A stretch of 64,000 nucleotides of DNA from Eledone cirrhosa (taxonomy: Eukaryota): NCBI GenBank assembly GCA_964016885.1, contig OZ024741.1, positions 52,514,001 to 52,578,000 on the forward strand, in the 5' to 3' direction. The notes under the pieces were generated by a model. The model had not been told where the DNA came from. It saw only the letters and a program-made list of their open reading frames with translations, and searched no databases. This document shows, one piece after another, positions 25,820 to 38,071 of this stretch. The position numbers were made by a program, and so were the translations under genes. The first letter of the stretch is position 1, and the number at the start of each line of letters is the position of its first letter.

Positions 25820-25960
25820 TAGACGAAGAATCAACTTCAGTATTAGACTGATGTTTTTTTATCGACTTCGAATTTGAACTCAGAATTTGAACTCAGAAAG
25901 CAGAAACGAATATTACAAAGCACTATATCTGATGTTCTAACGTCTCTGCCAATTCGCCGC
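25820..25960 (-). mobile_element. Degenerate SINE fragment
   Basis: TTTATCGAC..GAATTTGAACTCAGAA..CTGCCAATTCGCCGC. Confidence 0.55.
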
Positions 25961-26049
25961 TTTACTAGCCCAAGTATCGAGTTCTCTACTGAATTATGGT
26001 CTTACTAGTTTAAAACTGGTAAAATCCTGATTTCTATACACACACACAC

Positions 26050-26120
<71 letters not shown>

Positions 26121-26344
26121 TAGTATATGTTGGTTGTATACCAACACCTCAGTATGCAGGCTGGAGCACTCGACGAAGTGCGCAGGTTGGTTTGGTTACT
26201 CCAACTGGAATCATATGAATCATATGGATATGATTCCAGTTCCTCAGTGAAATAACAACCCAACCAGGAACTGGGCATATCAGAGTATTGACAAAGTTAA
26301 ACACCTCAACAACATATGTACTCGTCTCTACCACACTAATTCGG

Positions 26345-26399
26345 ACTGCCTGAAGAGGTCACAGCCAAAGATGGCTGTCACCAAAATATATATAGCAGT
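26345..26399 (+). ncRNA. Type I hammerhead with G12->A lesion
   Basis: ACTGC-CTGAAGA-GGTCACAGCC..GGCTGTCACC-AAAA-TATATA-TA-GCAGT. Confidence 0.6.
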
Positions 26400-26497
26400 A
26401 ATAAACGAAGCCAAATTTTAAACATTTGACTTATTTATTTTATTTTATTTTATACATCAACTGTGAAAATTGCAAACTTGACTGTCACCACATATTA

Positions 26498-26536
26498 TGA
26501 ACCTGAAGATTGCGAAAGCATGAAAGTACTTGTTCA
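26498..26536 (+). ncRNA. Minimal type I hammerhead
   Basis: TGAAC-CTGAAGA-TTGCGAAAGCAT-GAAA-GTAC-TT-GTTCA. Confidence 0.7.
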
Positions 26537-27150
26537 ATCAACACTTAGAATTTAATATTCAATCATACTATTTCATTATAATACCATTATAAATTTTAAA
26601 AGATTGTAAATAAAACGAGTAAATCAGACAAAGTTGGAATTCCTCTTATTAATATAATCTTCTATACACAATCATACACACCCGTGTATATCTATCTATC
26701 TATCTATCTCTCTCTATATATATATGTATATATATATATGTGTATGTGTGTGTGTATCTATATATAAATATATATTAGATATGTCTCATTTGAAATAATA
26801 CAGCCAATTTTCCACGCAATACTTTTAGTTAGCACCCCGAACACATAATTGGGAATATAATCACTTATTTCCTAATGTTTGTTGAGGGAGTTGGAATTTG
26901 GCCGGAGTATCGCTAAAAAGGTTTCTCCGATATTGTATTTATATATATATGTATATATATATACACGTATATATATATATATAGATATATATAGACGTGT
27001 CCGTGAAACCTGCAGATCCAGAATCAGACAGATCCACACAATGATCGTGTCTCGAGCTGTCCGCCAGCGAAACAATTGTAACACACTGTAAATTGAGTTC
27101 AGATGCATCACCGATTTTATATATATGTGTGTGTGTATGTGTGTGTGTGT

Positions 27151-27225
<75 letters not shown>

Positions 27226-27251
27226 CATATACGTAAATAAGACCATTATTA

Positions 27252-27430
27252 CTCCGTATCGGTTGAGGGTCGGACGCCAAGCTTTCCAGCATAGTTACGC
27301 CCCTTTACGGTCTGAGTTCAAATCCCGCCGAGGTTAACTTTGCCTTTGATCCTTACGGTGTCGATCAAATAAAGTACCAATAATGCACTGGGTAATTGCT
27401 GGCCTTGTGCCCGAAGTAGAAACAATTATT
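27252..27430 (+). mobile_element. SINE family A
   Basis: Matches other copies. Confidence 0.85.
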
Positions 27431-28108
27431 ACACTTAGCAAACACCCAACCCGAACTCGAATAACTCGACATACCGAGTCAGACCACAACAGCCACCAAA
27501 TGGGGAAGGCAAACATGATCAAGCTTCAGCAATCATTTTAGGTAGTTTCTATATAATAAAGCTATTATTTTCTGCAGCGACTACGACGCCATTACATAAT
27601 AGGCCGTGCTCCATCTTCTTCCGTCGTCTCCCGAATTTACACTCTCAAACTATCCACATAAATAGCGTGATGCTGTGCATTGCGAAGTCTAGTTCGTACA
27701 ACACAACACAAAAAAAAAAAACACAAAAAATTACTCAAGCCATTAAAGAAATAAACGAAATAAACCCAAGACGAAAATCATAATATAAGATATCAAAAGG
27801 CAACGCAAAAGACATAAATTTCAATGTTATTATTTACATACATATACATATAATTATACATACACGATTGTAAAACATAATCAAGATTGAATTATATCCA
27901 CACAAACCGACATGTACATGTACAAATAAGATAAAATATGCAAACAGAGATTTGCAAAACCATTTAACAAAATAAAGACCTATCAGATTAGCGTACATCT
28001 CCTAAGAACGTGCCTATCTCAGAGAATGTGTGACAAAAGAACATTGACGAACGAATAAATAACGAGCAATAAAGATACAGTGAAAATCATTGGTGCGTGT
28101 GTTTCTTT

Positions 28109-28159
<51 letters not shown>

Positions 28160-28287
28160 AACACAGACACACACACACACACATATATATATATCTCAAG
28201 CGTGAAACTAAAAACCATATTATTTGTACTGCCCCTCTATTTTTTGTTCTCTGTTCATTTATTCAACTATATATATATATATGTATG

Positions 28288-28366
<79 letters not shown>

Positions 28367-28370
<4 letters not shown>

Positions 28371-28743
28371 CGAAGGAAATGTGGTAAGGAACCAGGTGGA
28401 CCATAATGCACCAAAGTACTCAATACTTAGGGTAGTAGAGTGGGTAATAGGAACGAGTAGGACCCCGACGGCTGAGCTCAGTCGTCGGGGTCCTACTCGT
28501 TCCTATTACCCACTCTACTACCCTAAGTATTGAGTACTTTGGTGCATTATGGTCCACCTGGTTCCTTACCACATTTCCTTCGTTATCTAGCTGCTATTCC
28601 CGTAGTAGAGCACTTTCCGACCCTACCACGCCGTATCCAGACTTTTCCGCTAAGCTCAAGTTCTTTCACCCGCACCATGCGAAAACACAACATCGACTTC
28701 TCAACCAAGATTTTTGAACTCAGCCGTCGGGGTACTACTCGTT

Positions 28744-28748
<5 letters not shown>
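28367..28748. mobile_element. Miniature derivative of the 12-18 kb PLE family: 220 bp palindrome + 5' extension + repeated terminus, in (TA)n
   Basis: Same left (TAACGAAGGAAATGTGG) and right (GTTCCTAT) termini as 12339-17995; apex GAG|CTC at 28476/28477. Confidence 0.88.
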
Positions 28749-28810
<62 letters not shown>

Positions 28811-29289
28811 GAAACTAAGGTTTTATTTTAATATATCCTTCAGGAGTAAAAATATAGGAAAAAGAAGTAGAAAATGCAATTGGCGTCTTTAAGAAGGTTT
28901 ATTTACAATAACATATATTTTTACTGGTTTCACAAGTTCCGTGATTTTCAAAAGTTAAGAAAGAAGGAGAGATGTATGGCTATGCCGACTTGTAATTCAC
29001 ATCTACCTAATGTTGGGATTTTCTATCAGTTTTAGGCTGAAAATACGGCTCAGATTCATATATGTTATGAAGTTCAATTTGTAGGCTGAGGAAGATCATG
29101 TGGGTAGTCATCGAATTCTGTGGTATTTTCGCACCAGAAATCGGGAGTGTCATGGTTCTTCAAGTTTTATGCAAAAATGTGGTTCAAATTGCTATCTGTT
29201 TAAAGTATATTCTGATAGGCTGTTAGGAATTTGGTTATGCTTTTGCGCCAAAAAAAAAACGAGAGTGTCATGGTTTAGTGAATATGGAT

Positions 29290-29950
29290 AATGACCATTC
29301 ATGTCTGTTTTTCGTGTATTCAGTAGTCAAAGGAAGTTGAATCTCATCAGCGAGAATTTTATTCGTAAATGGAGCAAACAAAATCCAATGAACATCCAGA
29401 GCCAGACATATCGCAGGTTCTTGTGTGATCAGGGAAGACAATTATTATAATAATACAGTAGTCGAATAATCAATGCCACCAGGGTGAATGGCAGGAAAAT
29501 AATAAAGTCTAATCAGTTTTCTCGACCGCTAAGAACGCAAGCAAATTAATCTACCGGGAGTAAAATATATAATATAATTTTACCGATCGATACAATACTA
29601 TAATGTATAAGCGCATTATAAATCGTCTCTAACTGGTCGTTCAGCAACTTGCTCAATAATAAAAGGGATAATTTCAGAATTAGAGCATGCTCATTTAGAT
29701 TCAGTAGTGAAGCGACAATACCAAAACAAAATATACTAAAGCGATCAATGAAGCTATCATAGAAATATTAAAAGTATTGATATTTTCTCACGCAAAATTC
29801 TGAGGATGAACAGGTGAATAGATGTACTTTATCGAAGCTAATACTATAGAGTTGCATAACTGTTCGCGATTAGTCAATATATCGATAATATATTGATTTG
29901 TTTTGCCCTTTGAAACGTTCGGAAAGCAATGGATTCATTAAATACTAAAT
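29290..29950 (-). mobile_element. Possible highly decayed PLE GIY-YIG 3' region
   Basis: RTCDM and LLNTRK remnants only. Confidence 0.3.
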
Positions 29951-29983
29951 CTTGTAAATCTTGTTATATGTATTTTCATTGGT

Positions 29984-30124
<141 letters not shown>

Positions 30125-30629
30125 TGAGTGTTTAGGGTCACATGTGAGTATATACATACATAAATGTATATAAACATATATATCTATATACGTATACAAA
30201 CATACATATGTATATATATTCGAATATGTATGTTTATATATGCATACGTGCATACACGCATACACGCGGGCATACAACATATATATATGAAGTATTTAAA
30301 AGCAACACAAAAAAGAGTAATATAAGGAACAGACAATTAAAACAATCTGAGGCTGGAGCGCATGAATTGGCATGGCGAGAAAAAAGGCTTTTACACTTAA
30401 GAGTGTCATAATAAAGTGAGGTAAGAGGCGCGACGTTTGTCTCTTTGTTCGGGCCTGATGCTGTGTGCATTGTTGGTGTTTATTCTTGCACTGTGTGTAT
30501 GATACACGTATGTGTGTGTATGCATTTAATGAATGTGATGATGTAGCGTATTATGGGTGTAGGCGTTGTGAAAGGAACGACCTAATGTGTGCAAGATACT
30601 TTTATGACAGTATACTTCTACTGAAAATC

Positions 30630-31300
30630 GCGACGATTATTTAATTCCTGGGGCTGAGGTGATCCGAGTTGAAAGATAAATTGTTGTTCTCGTCAGTCAC
30701 GAGAAATGGGAGAGTCATGGTTTAAGAAAAGACTGAAAAGGGGAGAGTTGTGATAGATTAGCCTACATATAATAAGCTGCATGTTATTATTTCATGCAGT
30801 AATGATGTTCTACCGGGAGGTAGGGGATAAATCCATCCCATGTATAGAAAAGGTTGTTATATCAGGATGAATTAGCATATATAACAACGGGGTTGGAACA
30901 TGTAAAAAGGGGTGTGGAAGGAGTATTTGCTGAGCAGTAAGTTACGTAGACAGTATGTGCATTCAAAGGAGGGGAGTGAGGGTGGTGACCGTAGAAAAGG
31001 CGGGTTGAGGCAGACTCGAGGATTTAGAAGACAATCTTTAGTTAAACTAATAGAATCAGTGTGACTATGTGTCTGTCCGTTAAACATGTACACGATGTCC
31101 GGACACAAAGAACAAAACACCCACTGTTACTGCATCCGTTTCCCTCGCTGGCCCCCTCTCATGATGTAGAATGACTCACTGGAGAGATCATGAAGGATGT
31201 GTATTATATGGAAATGGGGAAATGGAATGTTGTTGGTTAGGTGACAGTCATGAAGTGAGGGGACAGTATACATTCAATACCAAGGGAGACCACAAAGACG
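30630..31300 (-). mobile_element. Degenerate PLE GIY-YIG fragment (Poseidon-like C-terminus)
   Basis: PRCYIC*FI, CSLLYVG*S, REQQFIFQLGSPQPQELN. Confidence 0.6.
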
Positions 31301-32343
31301 ACTTCGAAAACAATAGGGAGGGTGCTCACATATAATGTGAGGTATCACCCCAAATGTTAATATTGGATTTCAAAGGCATGATCACGCCCACAGAGGTCCT
31401 AAATCAGCCTCAAACTAGCTCCAAGTTAGCTCTAACCGAACAAGCGCCTGATAATAAAGCATTCCAGACGTGACTATCACGTCTTCCTTGTGCAGAGAGC
31501 CGGAGGCCATATTACCCAATGCATTCTTTGCTAAGATGTGACTAGATGGAGATTTCGCTGCTATATCTAACAGGCTGAGTGACCACAGATACTCTCTCAT
31601 TTGCTCGTACTGCTGATGCTGGTAAATGAAGGTGGTTGTGCTACTGATGTCAGTGTAGATGGTGTTTACTTTGTTGTTGTTCTCTCTTGGTTTCTTCATT
31701 TCCTCTTAACCATCTCTGATTAAATCTTCCTTTAGAGGGTTGCTCTAAGATCTAAGGCCGCTTGCTATAAATTCTGTTTGCTCCGCCATTTTACGTAAAC
31801 GGATCAAAGGGTATTCCAGGATTGTTCTCGTCCAGCCGCCTTTTGTTTACTGCACCGTCGCCACCCCACCATCAGCTGTAACACACCCACCACTACCACC
31901 GCCACCACCCATCTACATGAATCACACCAACATCATCGCCATCACCATCCAGTAAACAAGAACATACGTACACTGGCACTTACCAGTATACACACTCTAC
32001 AATCAACATCTCTCCCTCTCTCTCTCTCTCTCCCTCCCCCTCTCTCTCTCTCTCTCACATACACACAAACACACACAGACATGAGTAAACACACACATAC
32101 GCACTCCCTCTACATACAATAACACACACAGCGACCATTACTACAAACATCACAAATGCGTACACAGTAATAATAATAATAACAACAACAAGAGTAGTTT
32201 CGCTTTTATATTATCCACATACAACCAGATATACACACAGGCTCACCCCCCCCCCATATATATATATATGTATATATATATACATACGTGTATGCATGCA
32301 AATATGCATGTGTGCATCTGCTTATGTCTCTCTTTCTCTCTCG

Positions 32344-32425
<82 letters not shown>

Positions 32426-34107
32426 GCGTACATACATATAACGGACACACACGTACACAAAATCAAACATGTAACTACATACACAATTGGAAAGATACTT
32501 ATGCCCCTTCCCTTACACACAAGCATCATCATCATCACCAACAGCAATATCACTGTCATCATAATAACAACAACACTAAAACAGTAAACAGCAGTACAAA
32601 GAGCACAGGCCCTACTACAACCACTACCAATTCCATGCCACTACCACTACCACTTTCATTATCACTACCACTGCCGATACTAACGCCTCCACCGCCACCT
32701 CAACCAATTCCATCACCAATATCGCCATCGCAATTACAAGTAACAAAACCGACTCTAACACTCCTACTATTACCACCACCTTCACCACCACCGCCGCCAC
32801 CACTGCCGCTGCTCCCAACCACCGCCAACGCCACTGCCACCCTACCACTGCAGCTACAACAACAATAAGAAAAAAACACCAACACAGCACAGTCGACAAC
32901 ACTGCCGCCACTAGCTACACCACGACTACAACAACACTAACGCTAACTTCAACCATACCTAAACCATCACCTTCACAACTACTTCCACTACCACTACAAC
33001 AACCATAACTCCCGCAACCTTCTCCTTCACCACCAGCACCCCTAACAACACCACGACCACCATCAATCCTCCCCTCCCTCAACAACAAGAACAACTACAC
33101 CACCGCCAGCCAAGAAAAACCATGAGAATTTGACATGAGGGAATGTCGGAACTCTCTAACTCCACCCCTATAACCCCCACCCCCCATGAACATTCATCCT
33201 TCATCCTTAATTATTCAATAAGCTATTTGAACGAAGCTAAAATCGAGTGATGGATTCTTCATGCATGAACGAAGCTCGTTGAAATTTATCCTAGCATGTT
33301 TTATATCTGACATCATGGCGGATGTCTCTATATGTGTGTTGCGATATAATGCCGCAGCCATTTTCTTAACAACCAGTTGCTTTTCCGTCGAAAGCCAACG
33401 ATTTCACAAGGAAACATCCCTTTTCCAAAAGCCATCCCCACTAACACTCCACTACTTCCACAACCCCACTATTACAATAAAAACTAATACCAGTGTCAGT
33501 GACAGCAACCTCAAACTCCACCACCACCACGGAAACAACCACAATTATTATGACTACTACTACTACCACCATCACCACTACCTCTACCACTAACACCAGG
33601 ACCACCAACAACAATTCTACTACAACCACAATCCCAAACACCATTGTCCATACCACCATGGCAACTACAGCAATTACGACTACTAAGAATACTACTACCA
33701 CTACCACTACTCTTACTACTGACACGATACTACTACAACCACAATTCTAAACACCCTCCTCACCTCCAATGCAACCACCGCCACAACTATTTCGACTAGT
33801 ATGTCTACCACCATCGACACCATCTCCACCACCAACACCACCACCACCACCAGCACTACCCCACTAACATAAGCATTTCTAATACTAACACTACTACAAT
33901 CACAATCCCAAACACCACCATCTTTACCACCACGACAACAAATAAAACAATTACGACTACTACTACTATCACAACCAACACTATTCCTACTAGTAGCTTC
34001 AACATTACTACAACCTTAACCTAAACACTAACATATATACCACAACGGCAACCACTACGACAAACACCACAACAATTACAACTATTATGACTACTACTAT
34101 CACCAGT

Positions 34108-34365
34108 GGAGGCGCGTTACGTAGTGATGAAGGTGTTCATAATATCGTGGGTTCGTTTCCTCTTTAAGCAAAGCACTCCATTTCCCGTTGCTCCAGTATA
34201 CTCAATTGAAAATGAGTACCAGCAATAGCTGGGGTTTAACCCTGCGATGGATTGGCGTCCTGTCCAGGTGAAGTCTTGTACTCTCAGTCGCTTTACGCAA
34301 TGCTACCGGGATAAGAACCAGCCTAACGAGCCTTAAATGGCTTAAGACAGACTTTAGACTAGATT
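34108..34365 (+). mobile_element. tRNA-derived SINE, family C
   Basis: GGAGGCGCG head, AAATGAGTACCAGCAATAGCTGGG..AACCCTGCGATGGA; homologous to 53375-53645. Confidence 0.7.
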
Positions 34366-34399
34366 TTAGACTATCACTACCACTATTCCTACTACAAAC

Positions 34400-35503
34400 A
34401 TCGGAATGCCCTGGCTAAAGATGCCTCAACATGTGCAGAGGCTTTGGATTCTGCAAATATTCCTAAATGGTAAACAGATGTCGGTGCCCTTTGTTACGTA
34501 CGCCCTTCGACAGATCGACTTATCGACTGAGCTGCATTAGCAATGTTGTCAAGCGCTCACAGCCCTCTATCAGTCAGATAATGTGGTCAGTGGAGTCTCC
34601 ACGTTAGCCTTCTATAGAGGACTGGCGGTGGGCAACTGCAACGGCGTTCTCGGGTAAATTATTTGCGTCGACGAGAACGAACGTGCCAATCTGTTACAGA
34701 GGACTTTCGGTCCGCAGCCTATAAATATCTTGCCTGTAAGTGCTTCCGGGATGGGGTCACTTGCAGTACTACCGGGGAACTTTGCCAGTTCGGGATAAAC
34801 TCTATGGGCATGGTAGTGCCTTTAGCCGGGCCTGTCCGAGATGCGCATAGGGCGACGAAACCTACTCGCACACATCCAGTGTCAGAGCATTGCTGATATG
34901 TGGGTCTTTGTCGAACACCTGCTGTAGTGTGTAGGACGAATCCGACTATCAGCTGAGTCCATTGTGAAGATCGCTCCGCCACCTTCCTTTAGAGGAAGAC
35001 CTTTCTTTTTATCTCTCTGGTGGCCATGGCGAAAGAGGTTGTACGGAGAACAAGTTTGAAAGGGTTGAAGACCAGCACTTTCCTCTTCGATAAAGCCCAG
35101 ATTAACTTTGTAAGCATTCACTTGAAGAGAAAAATCAGGGTAGAGGGAGAAGTGCTGCTTTCCAGTCAGTTTGTTGTAAGGTGGGTGTGAGAGGCGACCA
35201 TTTCCGAAGTGAATGGACCCGCTCTGAGTGCGTGCCTTAGAATGGAGGAAGACAACTGTGACACTTGCCATAAAGATCAGGGTACTCATAGTTTTACGGA
35301 GTTTTTTTCTACAAGCAAATCTCGTCTCCTTCCTTTTCAGGAATTCCCTTTATTTAATTTTTATTGTTACCTTTCTTTTTCACTATTGTTAAATCTGTTT
35401 TCACGTAAATCCTACATACCAACACACACACGTTTTCGTCCTGTGCCGTCCTAATGTTTTTCTTAATATTAACCCTTGTGGTGAATAAAGAAAGCATTAT
35501 TAT
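34400..35503 (+). mobile_element. Degenerate Tx1 3' fragment
   Basis: Nucleotide similarity to 40.6-41.7 kb; ends AATAAAGAAAGC-ATTATTATT. Confidence 0.8.
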
Positions 35504-35511
35504 TGATAAGG

Positions 35512-35705
35512 AGTATTGTAGATTGGCAGTATCGGTAAAGGGTCGGACGCGATACTTTGACGCATAGAGTTACGGTCCTTGCCATTCAGAGTTCAAATCC
35601 CGTCGGGGTTAACTTTGCTTTTCATCCTTACGTGGTCGATAAAATAAAGTACCAGTAATGCACTGGGTATTTGCTGGCCTTGTGCCAAAAATAGAAACGA
35701 TTATT
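35512..35705 (+). mobile_element. SINE family A with (TTA)n tail
   Basis: Matches other copies. Confidence 0.85.
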
Positions 35706-35721
35706 ATTGTTGTTATTGTTG

Positions 35722-35762
<41 letters not shown>

Positions 35763-35970
35763 GGCGACCTACGAAGTAAATCGTATCATTGTGAGCTCCG
35801 CAAAGGTTTGTTATTTCCGTTTGTTAAAAATTGTCATTTATGGAAAATTTTATTGTTAACTGTTTATAAGCGCACATACATTGTTTTCCGAAAAGGACAC
35901 CCAAAAAGATTGGGGCCTTGTGCCCAAAATTTAAACTTTTATTATTATCAAAAATTTCTTTGAAAAAAAA

Positions 35971-38037
35971 ATGGCTAATTCACCTCTGCACCAAGCAGCT
36001 GAAGGCCTTCCTCACAAATTAACACCTCACACCGACACCACCATTGTAAATGTTACTACATTTGCCAACACAAAAAAAAATATAAGCAGTAGCAATATTT
36101 TAAATTTGTCTCAGGCAGACATTCATTTCCCGCCATTACCAATGAGTGCAGGTGTTAAAGCCTCCACCACCACCACCACCACCGCGACAACCACCACCCC
36201 CACCACCGCGACAACCCCCACCCCCACCACCGCGACAACCACCACCCCCACCACCACGACAACCACCACCCCCACCACCGCGACAACAGAAACAAAAGAA
36301 GAAAAAAATAAATTAACTCGTGATGTCGAAATGAAATCAAGCAAAATGGACTCTTCCCCACCAAAGACGACTGACGTCACCACCACCACAACTGAAACTA
36401 AAATTAATATTAACACAAATAACGATAGCAACAACAACAACAACAATGACATTATAAAACCGACCCTCAGTTTCGCCAGAGTAGCAAAACAGTTCGAAGC
36501 ATTTACGGTAACTCAGGATGATTTAGAAAATGCCAAACAAATGGTAAAGAAAGATGGGTACAGGGTCAGCCCCCCCCCACCTAATAAAATGTAGCATCGG
36601 CGCCTATGCACCGTGTCGTATAGAACAATAAATGTAAAATCGCGCCGAGTGGAACGGGCATCCGAGTCCCAAATCCAAAAAGCTTTGGGACATGTGTGGG
36701 CAAGAAAAAGCCACATCAGACGTGGGCAAAAGTATGGAACCGTGGACGTGTTCTTTGAAACACCAGAGGAGGCTAGAGAACACTCCATGGCCCCATTAAG
36801 AAGTGACGACTTCACACTCGTCCCAAGCTATTGTGGCCAGAGACTCGTAAAGATCAGGGTGACCCACGTTCCACCGGCCATCGAAATTCCCTGGCTAATA
36901 GCGGCCGTCCTCGCCGGCATCGAAGCCAACACAAAAATAATAGCAATAGCAAAAGAAAAGCAGGAGAACTGGTCCGGATATGGGATGGAGCTCCTGATCC
37001 AAGCGGACCAAAAAAGCATTGAGGAGATCCCAGAGGTAATAGACCTCACTGACGGCAGCCACCTTACGGTAATTGTCGAAGGCAGAAGGCCTAGGTGTGT
37101 CGTTTGTGGTGAAGGAACCCACCTAAGGGCTTTCTGTCCTCAGGCTAAAAGGTTGAGGCCACCTCTCCTACTCACCCCAGTGACACAACCATCAACACCA
37201 CCAGTAGCAGAGATGGCAGCAACAACTGTAGCAGCAACAACAGAAGCAACTATAACAGCAACAACCCCAGCAACAGTAGCAAAACCAACACCACCACCAC
37301 CACCAGCAAAACCAACACCACCACCACCCAACGCTTCAGAACTAGCACCAGCGCCTACACCATCCACCACGCCACAACCAAAATTAACGCCTGTGGAGGA
37401 TTTTCCACTCCCCGGCCTATCACAACTGGAGACAGATTGTGACGACGAGGAGTGGGAAACGATATCCGGAAAAAAAAAAAGAAACCAAAAAAGAAAAAAT
37501 TCTCTTCCTTCCCCCTCCAAAAACAAAATACAGAGGGAAACAAATAAACTAAGAAACAAAAAAGTTAGGACAGATATGCCACCATCCACACCAGCATCAC
37601 CAACCCCATCAACCCAAACACCAACACCATCACCATCATTAACCCCAACACCACCATCACCTACACCACAAAAGTCACCAAAATGCGAAACAGAAACAAA
37701 CCCACAACAAACGCAAACAAAACAAAACAACCAAAACGATACACACTACACAGCATTAAATTTGAACAACAAGCAATTATTACACTACATCCAACACAAC
37801 ACCAGCATCACAGAAAAAGACTACACAACAACCCCAAAATTCACACCACCTCCACACATACAAATCACTCGCATCACACAGAAAACGTACATGACACTAA
37901 AACAAAAATTCCCCAAAGACATCGGAGACTTCCGACAAGCACTCTCCAGGAGGATTTATAAGGACATCCTTCCTGAGGAGGCCACAAGCAGTGAAAAGGA
38001 TGGAAAAACCGTCCTTCCCCTACGAGAAGTAAGGTAA
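35971..38037 (+). pseudogene. Tx1 ORF1 (RRM-like region + CCHC knuckle CVVCGEGTHLRAFC), one internal stop
   Basis: Two same-frame ORFs split by TAG at 36592-36594. Confidence 0.8.
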
Positions 38038-38071
38038 GTGGTCTTTCCCATCTTTTCCACTCCTTTTCAAC

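Noticed and set aside
31300-31870. Minus-strand MAEQTEF... start resembling a LINE ORF1
   Set aside because: Interrupted by stops and lacks a diagnostic motif
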